This document shows, one piece after another, positions 30,701 through 39,092 of a DNA stretch of 64,000 nucleotides. Source of the DNA: Candidatus Calditenuaceae archaeon HR02. GTDB lineage: Archaea; Thermoproteota; Nitrososphaeria_A; Caldarchaeales; Calditenuaceae. The number at the start of each line of letters is the position of its first letter. Position 1 is the stretch's first letter. The notes beneath the pieces were generated by a model, which was not told the origin of the DNA, did not search any database, and was given only the letters and a program-made list of their open reading frames with translations. The translations under genes were made by a program, and so were the position numbers. The stretch is from positions 14,976 through 78,975 of the forward strand of contig BEHE01000010.1 in NCBI GenBank assembly GCA_002898395.1. The letters run 5' to 3'.

Positions 30701-31711
30701 TTGACGATCCATATGAGGAAGGTTGGAGTGGGGGTAATCGGGCTAGGTGATTTCGGAGAAAGGCACGTACAGGCTATCAAAGCAATTCCATGGGCGGAGC
30801 TAATCGCGGTTTGTTCAAGGTCTGAGAGTAGGGCCAAAGAGGTGGCGCAAAGATACGGTGCGAAGAGATGGTATATTGATAGAAGAAAGATCGTGGAGGA
30901 TGTGGAAGTAGACGTTGTTACAATAGCCACGGCTGACGATGACCATGCCGAACCCACCATACTAGCGAGTGAGGCGGGTAAACATGTTCTGCTCGAGAAG
31001 CCCATAGCTACAACACTTGAAGATGCAGATAAAATCATATCGACTATTAAGAGTTCCGGTGTGATATTCATGGTGGGACACATTTTACGGTTCGACAGGA
31101 GATACAGGATGGTGAGGGAGATGAGACTGAGGGGCGAACTCGGCGAAATTATCTCGGTCTATGCCAGAAGAGTTGGCTCATCCCGCGCAGCCGAGAGATT
31201 TCTCAACAGAGTTTCACCAATAGTCCAACACGGGATACATGATATAGACATCATCAGGTGGGTCTGGGGGAAGGAGGCAAAAAAAGTTTATGCAAATGCT
31301 ATAAAGTTTAGAGAGTATAAATATCCGGACGTCTTCTGGACCATTGTAGAGTTTGAAGGCGGTAAGGTCGGCGTAGTTGAGTGCGGTTTCATACTCCCAA
31401 ATACATACCCACACTTCATAGACTCTTTCTTTGAACTTCTGTCGGAGGATGCAGCGATACACATATACACGCCTGGAGAATATTTCACCATCTATCATGA
31501 TAAGCACTTATCTAAGCCTGACGTGACATACTGGCCCCAATTAAACCAGTATGCAGAGGGCGCGCTAAAAGATGAGATCGAGTACTTCTTACGATGTGTT
31601 GTGAGTGGGGTGCAACCTGACCTCATAGCCCCAGAAGATGCGAGAAGAGCCCTAGAGATAGCCTTAGCAGCGGAAAAATCCGCTCTAGTTGGATCAACTG
31701 TGATGCTCTAA
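30701..31711 (+). CDS. Gfo/Idh/MocA family oxidoreductase
   Basis: GVIGLG, HVLLEKPIA, VGHILRF, GIHDID. Confidence 0.92.
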   Translation: MTIHMRKVGVGVIGLGDFGERHVQAIKAIPWAELIAVCSRSESRAKEVAQRYGAKRWYIDRRKIVEDVEVDVVTIATADDDHAEPTILASEAGKHVLLEKPIATTLEDADKIISTIKSSGVIFMVGHILRFDRRYRMVREMRLRGELGEIISVYARRVGSSRAAERFLNRVSPIVQHGIHDIDIIRWVWGKEAKKVYANAIKFREYKYPDVFWTIVEFEGGKVGVVECGFILPNTYPHFIDSFFELLSEDAAIHIYTPGEYFTIYHDKHLSKPDVTYWPQLNQYAEGALKDEIEYFLRCVVSGVQPDLIAPEDARRALEIALAAEKSALVGSTVML

Positions 31712-31855
31712 ACGTATACAATGTAGCGGAGATGCTCTTGTATAGTAGTATCCTCTAACCCACTGTTATGAACTTTAGGTAAATTTGTTACATCTATGTT
31801 TAAGACTATGGTGTGGATTAAACTTATCTCCTAGTGGAACATAGGCTTAACTGAG

Positions 31856-32599
31856 TTGAGAATAACTAGAGAAATTTACATGGTGGGAGATGGGAAGCGA
31901 GGGCTATCTCACCCACTAGATTGTTGCATATACCTAGTAGATTGTGGCGGGATATATGTCTTGATCGATGCCGGTGTTGGATTAGATAGCCCGCGTATAC
32001 CTGATAACATAGTTAGCGAGGACATTAGTCTCGACAAGGTTCGGCACCTATTCGTAACCCACGCCCACTCAGATCATGCTGGAGGTGCAAAATACTTCCA
32101 AGAGAACTTGAGTATCGAGGTTTTAGCACCTTCAATAGAATCAGAGATAATGTCTGCTGGAAGCGATGAGGAGCTTGGATTAAACATGACTCGCGGGTCC
32201 ATATATCCTCCTGAATATAAATTCATGCATTGTAAGCCCGATAGGGTGCTGGTTGATGGTGAAGAGATTAAGATTGGAGGGAAAACCTTTAAACTGATTC
32301 AGGTTCCGGGGCACTCGCCGGGCGCTTCTTGTATCCTAGTTAAAGAGGAAAAGACCCTCTTTTCCGGCGATGTGGTCTTCCATGGCGGTACTATAGGCCT
32401 AGGTAATTGGCCTGGATGTAGCCTAGATGAGTATAGGAAGAATATTGGAAAGCTAGGGGGTCTAGGCATTAAGAAACTCTTCCCTGGACATTTTCTCTTC
32501 ACACTCGACGACGGACAAAAACACATCGATACGGCTATAAATAATCTAAAAGGGCCATGGATACCCCCCGCGTGGCAGCATAATCATCCACATTACTAG
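31856..32599 (+). CDS. MBL-fold metallo-hydrolase
   Basis: THAHSDHAGG, PGHSPG, FSGD, PGH. Confidence 0.9.
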   Translation: MRITREIYMVGDGKRGLSHPLDCCIYLVDCGGIYVLIDAGVGLDSPRIPDNIVSEDISLDKVRHLFVTHAHSDHAGGAKYFQENLSIEVLAPSIESEIMSAGSDEELGLNMTRGSIYPPEYKFMHCKPDRVLVDGEEIKIGGKTFKLIQVPGHSPGASCILVKEEKTLFSGDVVFHGGTIGLGNWPGCSLDEYRKNIGKLGGLGIKKLFPGHFLFTLDDGQKHIDTAINNLKGPWIPPAWQHNHPHY

Positions 32600-32627
32600 G
32601 AAGACTCATCCTTTTTGGGAGGGTAGG

Positions 32628-33104
32628 CTAGATGTAGCGTGGGTGCCATTCTACACCTTCCCAGCTCACCAAACTCCTAGGAGTCACTCTAATCAGATAT
32701 CGTGGCCGATTCAACGTGGGGGTAAGATATTCTGGTCCTCTCTCACCCAGATATCTCAGGGCCATCTTATTTGCGATCTCAACCCACCTGCCACCAACAA
32801 TGGGCCCCTCAACTATCTCTGCAAGCCCCTCCACAAGAACCCGTGTATAAGGTGGGTCGTCTCTGCTTATCTGTACCGCCACCCGCGGATCGTTCTTGAT
32901 GTGTTCAACCCACACCGATTTTGCACGGGCGACAAAATAAAAATACGGCTCCTCGTAATAGAACCATGCAGGAACTATGTAAGGCGATCCATCCTTTTTT
33001 AAAGTCGCAATCCTAGCAATATATGGCTTTGCCAAAAACTGGGAAAGCTCCTCTTTAGTTAGACCACGCATCTTACCCATCCATTGGGGATACTTATCTC
33101 CCAT
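32628..33104 (-). CDS. pyridoxamine 5'-phosphate oxidase-like (PPOX class) protein
   Basis: IATLKKDGSPYIVPAW, DPRVAV. Confidence 0.85.
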   Translation of the reverse strand: MGDKYPQWMGKMRGLTKEELSQFLAKPYIARIATLKKDGSPYIVPAWFYYEEPYFYFVARAKSVWVEHIKNDPRVAVQISRDDPPYTRVLVEGLAEIVEGPIVGGRWVEIANKMALRYLGERGPEYLTPTLNRPRYLIRVTPRSLVSWEGVEWHPRYI

Positions 33105-33799
33105 CGAATATCATCTATTCGGCTTTGTATATTAAAATTTCCTCTATAAGAGCAGGGTTATAACATCTTTAAGATACAAGCTCGTTTCTCAGCTATGTGG
33201 TCGAAAGAGTTTAATATCTTGGTGCGCGGAGTTATGGGATAATTTTTATTGTAGAATTAATTACTTCAGAAACTATTCACGTGGTGAGATATATAAGAAG
33301 GGTGGATAATTGAAACTAAGCGTAATACCGTGACATTTAAATGTATATAACTGGTTTTAAGAATCTTGCTCGGTACTGCCGAGTTAAGTCTGCCCATTCC
33401 TTGATCCATCTCTCAGATATCTTGGGTTTGTAAGTAGAGAAGCACGTATTGAATTATTTTATCTTCCCATGACACAATCGAGGAGATGAGAAGATGCCGA
33501 AGACGTGTTAGAATGCCCCAGCTGGCCCCTCTCTAGACCGTTATTCTCCATTATCTTCGGGCCGCTGGCATAAGGAGAAAGGGAATGGAGTCCGATGCCA
33601 ATGTCAGCTCGCTGGTCATGCTATTCGCGTTACTGGAAGAACCTCTTTATTGCGTCCTGATCTCTTCGCGGTGATCGATGTGGGTCAGTAGGTTGCAGGA
33701 GTCTGAGGAGGAATGGTCTTATGGGCCTTAATCCTATGTACTCCCTGCAGGAAGTGCGGGATTCGTCACGAGGGAGATTCTCCGAAGGTTCGGTAAGTC

Positions 33800-34456
33800 T
33801 CAGGAGAGGTAACCCTGCGTGGCTATGTAGCTCCTGACCATCCTCCTCACCCCCCTCCTGATCATGACGGAGAGCGATGCAGGTGATAATCCGAACTCCC
33901 TAGCTGCTTCGCGGATGGAGACCTTTCTAGGGACGTCGAAGTAGCCCATCTCCAGTGTCCTCATTATCACGTTTAGCTGGGGGGACAAGATCTCGCTATG
34001 GCCCTCGAGCTCGACGCACTCGGTCAGCTCCGCTTCTTCTCCCCTCTCTCTCAACGCCTCTAATATCTTAGGGACCTCTCTATCCGTAGCGACGAATGTC
34101 CAGAACAGTTTCCCCTCCTTAACCCTGTACTCCCCTCTTTTCATCAGACACCTCTTTGCCACGACGCCGCACAAATCACACTTACTCGATCTCACCAGTC
34201 CTGAGACAGAGCTGTTCGGCTTGTTCGGTCTGACGAAGACAATTTCATCGACGTTCATCGACTTCTTGAGAATGCTCATTACCTTCGAGGACGTCATACT
34301 ATTTCCTGTCTTTATGAGGAAGAGGTGTGTTATCGATCCGTCGTCGTTTTGGATGCAGTCCAGAATACTTATCGATTTCACACCACACCCCACGATATCT
34401 CTAGCCCATGCGGTCAGTGGGACTTTTAAAGCAACCGTGACCCTCTTTAAAGTCAA
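33800..34456 (-). CDS. Bat/HTH-10 family transcriptional regulator with Cys-rich N-terminal domain
   Basis: C-terminal MGYFDVPRKVSIREAAREFGLSPASLSVMIRRG. Confidence 0.85.
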   Translation of the reverse strand: MTLKRVTVALKVPLTAWARDIVGCGVKSISILDCIQNDDGSITHLFLIKTGNSMTSSKVMSILKKSMNVDEIVFVRPNKPNSSVSGLVRSSKCDLCGVVAKRCLMKRGEYRVKEGKLFWTFVATDREVPKILEALRERGEEAELTECVELEGHSEILSPQLNVIMRTLEMGYFDVPRKVSIREAAREFGLSPASLSVMIRRGVRRMVRSYIATQGYLS

Positions 34457-34575
34457 GGCTGACTCCTTTTAAAATAGCGGACCCTTGAAATATAACTTAA
34501 TGTATTCAAGTGTGTGCGAATGCATACAAATGTATACAAGATCCTGGTGAAATGTGGTGTATAGGGGACTATCGG

Positions 34576-35400
34576 TCAGAGGTCGCCTTTGGAGAACGTG
34601 AGCATCGCTATTAAAGTGCAGGCGGTTCCGATGGCGATCTGGGAGCCGATAAGCACGGATGCCAGGGTTTCGCCGAACTCCCTCTGGATGAAGGCTCCGA
34701 ACTCTCCTAGGAGCGACATCGAGGGGTCGAAGGTCTTCACAATAACGAGCCTCGAGGCTTGGACGGGGTTGGCCAGCAAGAGGGGGGTGACGTCCAACGG
34801 ACTTAGGTTGAGGAGGATGACCGCCGCCATTAGGACGACCTCATAGACCATCACGAGGCCTATCCAGACTCCGAGGGAGAGGGCCAAGGCCGCGAACCTG
34901 CTCCTAACGAGGGAGGAGATCAGGAGACCTATGCCGGCAAAGGAGTAGGCCAGCACGATCGATGCCCACAGTATACTTAGGTAGATCAAGAGGTCTGTCT
35001 CGGAGACGAGGAGCCATAGGAGCCAAGACGCGAGGCCGTAGCCCAAGACGATAGCAGCCGATATCGAGACTACATTTGATACTAGTCTGCTGAAGACTAT
35101 CTCCCACCTTGAGGTCGGGAGCGAGAGCAGAAATTCCATCGTTCCCTTCTCCCTCTCCGATACTAGTGAGAGAGAAGAGGCTATGACCGCTGCTAATGGG
35201 ACTGCATAAAGGTTCAGGTTGATGATCCCGGCTATTGCGGCGCTATAGGCCCTGAAGCCGACCTCTCCGAGGCCTAGGGCCCCTAGATAGGAGAAAGCCG
35301 AGCCTAATCCGGCGAAGGAGATTGAGAAGCCGTAGAGCCACCTGCTGCGGAGCGCGGAGATTAGGTCGCGCTTCAAAAGCAGAAGGACTGTAGCCTTCAT
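34576..35400 (-). CDS. nosY: ABC permease for Cu-S centre maturation
   Basis: EREKGTMEFLLSLP, LANPVQASR; position in nos cluster. Confidence 0.85.
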   Translation of the reverse strand: MKATVLLLLKRDLISALRSRWLYGFSISFAGLGSAFSYLGALGLGEVGFRAYSAAIAGIINLNLYAVPLAAVIASSLSLVSEREKGTMEFLLSLPTSRWEIVFSRLVSNVVSISAAIVLGYGLASWLLWLLVSETDLLIYLSILWASIVLAYSFAGIGLLISSLVRSRFAALALSLGVWIGLVMVYEVVLMAAVILLNLSPLDVTPLLLANPVQASRLVIVKTFDPSMSLLGEFGAFIQREFGETLASVLIGSQIAIGTACTLIAMLTFSKGDL

Positions 35401-36221
35401 CCTCCCACGAACTTCAACAGCTCCTCAGCATCAGGCTCCTCTATCCACGCATTCCGGAGATCCTTTCCACTCTCCTGAAGCTCTGTAAGGGTAGCGAAGA
35501 GGTCCTCGGTCCTGTATGTGGTCCAGCCATTATCACTCTTCACATGTACCTTGTAGACCGGTCTCAGGGTCCTCAGCACGTCCTCTGAATGGTAGACGCC
35601 TACCATTCTCCCCTCCTTCAGGACCACTATCTTCTCGAAGGCCGTGATCAGGCCGCTGATGTTGTGAATGCTTACGATCAGACTCTTCCCCCCTCTCATC
35701 ATCTCCCTCATCATATCGTGAACCGTGTTCCTCATCATGGGGTCGAGGTTGTTGAATGGCTCGTCCATGATTATCAGTCTAGGGTTTCCAATCAGTGAGA
35801 GCGCGATGGCGAGCCTCTGGCGTAGGCCGCCCGAGAGTGACCCGACCGGGCTGTTGACGGTGTCCATCAGCCCGAAAGGGCTGAGGGTCTCCTCCAGCGT
35901 GATGTCGACCCCCTTCATGTCGGATACGAAGTCAACGAGGTCGTAGACCGTCATCTCCTCGGGGAACCTGACCTGCTGAGGAACGTACCCGACCATTCTC
36001 CTGACATCCTTCCCCTTCTTCCTGACATCGAGACCCATTACCATCACTTCGCCCTCGAAGTCGATTAAACCCAAGATGCATCTTAGGAGTGTGGTCTTGC
36101 CGGCACCGTTAGCACCCATTACCAGCACTGATTCCTTGAGCCCGAGCTCGAGGTAGATCGAATCCAGAGCCACGTTCTCTCTGAAGCGCTTCGTCAGGTT
36201 CCTGACCTCTATCGCCTTCAT
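35397..36221 (-). CDS. nosF: ABC ATPase for Cu-S centre maturation
   Basis: GANGAGKTT, LSGGLRQR, DEP; between nosD and nosY. Confidence 0.85.
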   Translation of the reverse strand: MKAIEVRNLTKRFRENVALDSIYLELGLKESVLVMGANGAGKTTLLRCILGLIDFEGEVMVMGLDVRKKGKDVRRMVGYVPQQVRFPEEMTVYDLVDFVSDMKGVDITLEETLSPFGLMDTVNSPVGSLSGGLRQRLAIALSLIGNPRLIIMDEPFNNLDPMMRNTVHDMMREMMRGGKSLIVSIHNISGLITAFEKIVVLKEGRMVGVYHSEDVLRTLRPVYKVHVKSDNGWTTYRTEDLFATLTELQESGKDLRNAWIEEPDAEELLKFVGG

Positions 36222-37543
36222 CGCCGGCTCGCCGCGATGGCGGCAGCCACGGGTGGGAGCGTTAGCGCTAAAGCAGCAGCTAGCCAGACTGATGACCCTG
36301 CATTGACTGTTGGTCTGAGGGCATTGGGTGACTTGGCTGGGAACTCGTCAATCGCCTTGACGGAGGATCCGAGCCCGCTTAGCGACCTAGAGGTCTTGAT
36401 TGCTGAGAATCCAGGTCCGTAGGCGAAGGCCCAGAGCACCGGCCATCTATCTAAGAGATCTTCGACCGTCGACTTGGCGAGGTACTTCTCGCCGATCTGG
36501 AGGCCTCTATCGCTCCAGAAGTTCCTCATCCAAAGGCTCGTGGCCGAGGGCGTTAGGAGAGATATCTGCTGGGCGTTCTCGACTAGGTCGTTCCTCTCGA
36601 AGACCGCCGAAGCCCAGCCGTCAAATCGTACCCCAACGTTATTGAAGGCTATGACGTTCATCCTGAAGCGAAGGCCACCCTCCCTAGGATATGGGGAGTT
36701 GACTACGTGGAGGCCTACCGCGTTGCCGACGACCAAGTTGCGCTCGAGATAGACATCGGACGACTCCCTAATGAATATCCCCTCGCTGACCGCAAGGCCT
36801 CTATTCTCCCTAACGGTGTTGTTGGTGACCATCAATCTGAATGAGTACATCAACGCCATGCCCACTAGGTTCCCACGTATCACATTCCGATCGATGACAT
36901 GGCGCGCCGAGTACATCAGGTGTATCCCATATCTTGAGCCGAATATCTCATTCGCCATCACTGTGACATTATATGAGTGGTCTGAGTAGACGCCGTCCTT
37001 GACGTTCTCAATCCTGTTCTCTGAGACCCCAACCCCTACCGAGTACCAAAGGTAAACTCCATGTCCCCTATCGTTGACCGATCTCTCGGGGAAGCTCGTC
37101 AGGTGGTTTTTGGTGACCTTCACGTCCGTAGAGTTGACGACGTAAATTGCGTGGATCACGTTCTCTATCCGGTTACCAGTAATTGTGACGTTCCTGCTGT
37201 TGACGATCTTAATTCCAGCAGGCTCGAACGCCACATCGGGAAAGGAGTTTATGATCCTGAAGCCCTCGAAGATGACGTCATCCGCCTTGATAACGACCAC
37301 ATCACCAGACCCTTTTCCGTCTACCACAACGTCACCCGCCCCCTTGAGCGCAAGTGGCTTCCATATCCTTATGGGTCCCGCGTAGATTCCCGGCGGAGCC
37401 GGTATCGTCGAGTAAGGTTCGGCGGAATCGATTAGCGATTGGAGATCGGAGATCTGGTGTTTTTCTGGGTAAGCCATGTCGGGAGCGGACTGGACAAGCA
37501 AAAAGGTCGTTAAGGATATGAGAAGGAATATTGTGTGTAGCAT
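36218..37543 (-). CDS. nosD: NosD beta-helix maturation protein
   Basis: DRGHGVYLW, DGVY, RYGIHLMYS, parallel beta-helix repeats. Confidence 0.92.
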   Translation of the reverse strand: MLHTIFLLISLTTFLLVQSAPDMAYPEKHQISDLQSLIDSAEPYSTIPAPPGIYAGPIRIWKPLALKGAGDVVVDGKGSGDVVVIKADDVIFEGFRIINSFPDVAFEPAGIKIVNSRNVTITGNRIENVIHAIYVVNSTDVKVTKNHLTSFPERSVNDRGHGVYLWYSVGVGVSENRIENVKDGVYSDHSYNVTVMANEIFGSRYGIHLMYSARHVIDRNVIRGNLVGMALMYSFRLMVTNNTVRENRGLAVSEGIFIRESSDVYLERNLVVGNAVGLHVVNSPYPREGGLRFRMNVIAFNNVGVRFDGWASAVFERNDLVENAQQISLLTPSATSLWMRNFWSDRGLQIGEKYLAKSTVEDLLDRWPVLWAFAYGPGFSAIKTSRSLSGLGSSVKAIDEFPAKSPNALRPTVNAGSSVWLAAALALTLPPVAAAIAASRR

Positions 37544-37547
37544 CGCA

Positions 37548-38123
37548 TCAGCTCGCTTTCCTTAAGGTCACTAAACCGATGGCGATGGCGGCCATCATGA
37601 GACCGATTGAGAGCCCGAAGTAGCTGCGGACCGTAATGTTTGCTATCCTATACTCTCCCAAGAACGGGGGGTCGAAGGGCTCTATCTTGATCGGTGCGTC
37701 TGGATGAATCGTGTGCGTGAACCTGTAGAGCCATATGTAGACGAAAGTGAAGAGGCTGATCACCAATGCTGCCAGAAGGATGAGCAAGACCGGCGCCGAC
37801 TTCCTCCGTCTGGTTGAGACGGAGAAGCTGTAGGCTGCAGTCACAGCGATCACAGAGGCGTAGAAGTATGGCAGATAAGATATCTCAGGTACGTGTTCGT
37901 TGCCGATCATGCTGAGCCCAACGTAGTGGTTTATGACGTTGACGTCGTTCACAGCTCCCTGTATGCCGCTGAGTGGATAGATGGTGACCTCAGGCCACTT
38001 CTGTCCGAAAAACGGGGCGTTGAATTGGAAGTGCCAGAGGGGGAAGAAGATAGACATGGCTACGAGAAGAAGCGGTACAGCTGAGGCCGCTGCAAGGATG
38101 AATCCGCGCTTTTGCATGCACAT
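37548..38123 (-). CDS. nosB: clade II nos-associated membrane protein (NosB-like)
   Basis: PLW...AP, VNVINHYVG, APIKIEPFDPP; ATG overlaps the nosL stop. Confidence 0.7.
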   Translation of the reverse strand: MCMQKRGFILAAASAVPLLLVAMSIFFPLWHFQFNAPFFGQKWPEVTIYPLSGIQGAVNDVNVINHYVGLSMIGNEHVPEISYLPYFYASVIAVTAAYSFSVSTRRRKSAPVLLILLAALVISLFTFVYIWLYRFTHTIHPDAPIKIEPFDPPFLGEYRIANITVRSYFGLSIGLMMAAIAIGLVTLRKAS

Positions 38124-38605
38124 CACCGGAACCTGCTGAGCATGGACCAAAAGTCCATCACCTCTCCTTGAAACCTCTCGGCCAGGTTTTCGGCCTCCCC
38201 TCGCGACCCAACGGCCACCACGCCGTAGCTCATGGGCGTCCAGAGGTTCTTGGGGTCAGCTAGGACGTAGTAAGCTCTTTGCGCATCCAGTTCCTCCTTC
38301 GAGATGTAGTCGAAGACCCTGGCATCGGCTACAGTTTTACCGGCAGATAATAGGTCGTTGTAATCGCTCGCGAAGCAGCCTACGTCGTCGTAGAAGCGCC
38401 ATCTTTGCTCGCCTTGGAGAAGTAGTCCAGCCGCGAACTCGAGCCTGCTGATGAACATCCCACACCTCCTGCATCTGTCCTCACCCAACCTGATCTGAAG
38501 ACGTGGAGCCACACCTATACGCCACTGCAGCGCGATCGCGGCTGCGGCGCCCACCACGGCGACCCCACCTAGCGCAATAAGAAAGGCCCTGCGCTTCATG
38601 CTCAC
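38123..38605 (-). CDS. nosL: NosL copper chaperone
   Basis: CRRCGMFI, DDVGC, TPMSYG; twin-Arg N-terminus. Confidence 0.9.
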   Translation of the reverse strand: MSMKRRAFLIALGGVAVVGAAAAIALQWRIGVAPRLQIRLGEDRCRRCGMFISRLEFAAGLLLQGEQRWRFYDDVGCFASDYNDLLSAGKTVADARVFDYISKEELDAQRAYYVLADPKNLWTPMSYGVVAVGSRGEAENLAERFQGEVMDFWSMLSRFR

Positions 38606-39069
38606 GGCAGTACGTTGATCACGGCTCCCTTATGCGGGTGAAGTGTGCAGTAGATGTTGTACTCGCCTGGGGTCCTGAAGGTGTACCTGAAACTCGCACC
38701 AGGATTGATGGGACCAGAATCGAAATCCGCCGGCGCCTTCCCCTTCATAGTAGTGAAGGTGTGCGGGGTCTCATCCTCGTTGACGTATTCGATGGTGTCC
38801 CCCACGTTGAGCGTCACTCTGCTGGGGTTGTAGTACTTGTCGCTTATGGTCGGTGGATCTCCAAGCTTCCACCCCTCCGGGGGGAGATATGAGCCTTTCT
38901 GGCTGACGATCCTAACTACCTTACCCTGCCTCGGCGCTGCACCCCCTCCCAGCATACCTGAAGCGAAGATGGCTCCAACCACTGCTGCCACCACGATTAC
39001 CACCACAACAGCAGCAACGAGAGTCCTGCCCGCCAATCCAACCACCTCAAAGATAATTGGGTTGGGCAC
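38602..39069 (-). CDS. membrane-anchored cupredoxin (plastocyanin/halocyanin-like); start may be TTG at 39036
   Basis: TM anchor, N.D..PHTF, FDSG, PGEY.IYCTLHP. Confidence 0.85.
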   Translation of the reverse strand: MPNPIIFEVVGLAGRTLVAAVVVVIVVAAVVGAIFASGMLGGGAAPRQGKVVRIVSQKGSYLPPEGWKLGDPPTISDKYYNPSRVTLNVGDTIEYVNEDETPHTFTTMKGKAPADFDSGPINPGASFRYTFRTPGEYNIYCTLHPHKGAVINVLP

Positions 39070-39092
39070 GTTATAAATGCGTGGTTAACGTG

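Noticed and set aside
34484-34510. CTTGAA...TTCAAG inverted repeat upstream of the HTH-10 gene
   Set aside because: Short arms in AT-rich DNA, unrelated to the nos motif; may be chance.
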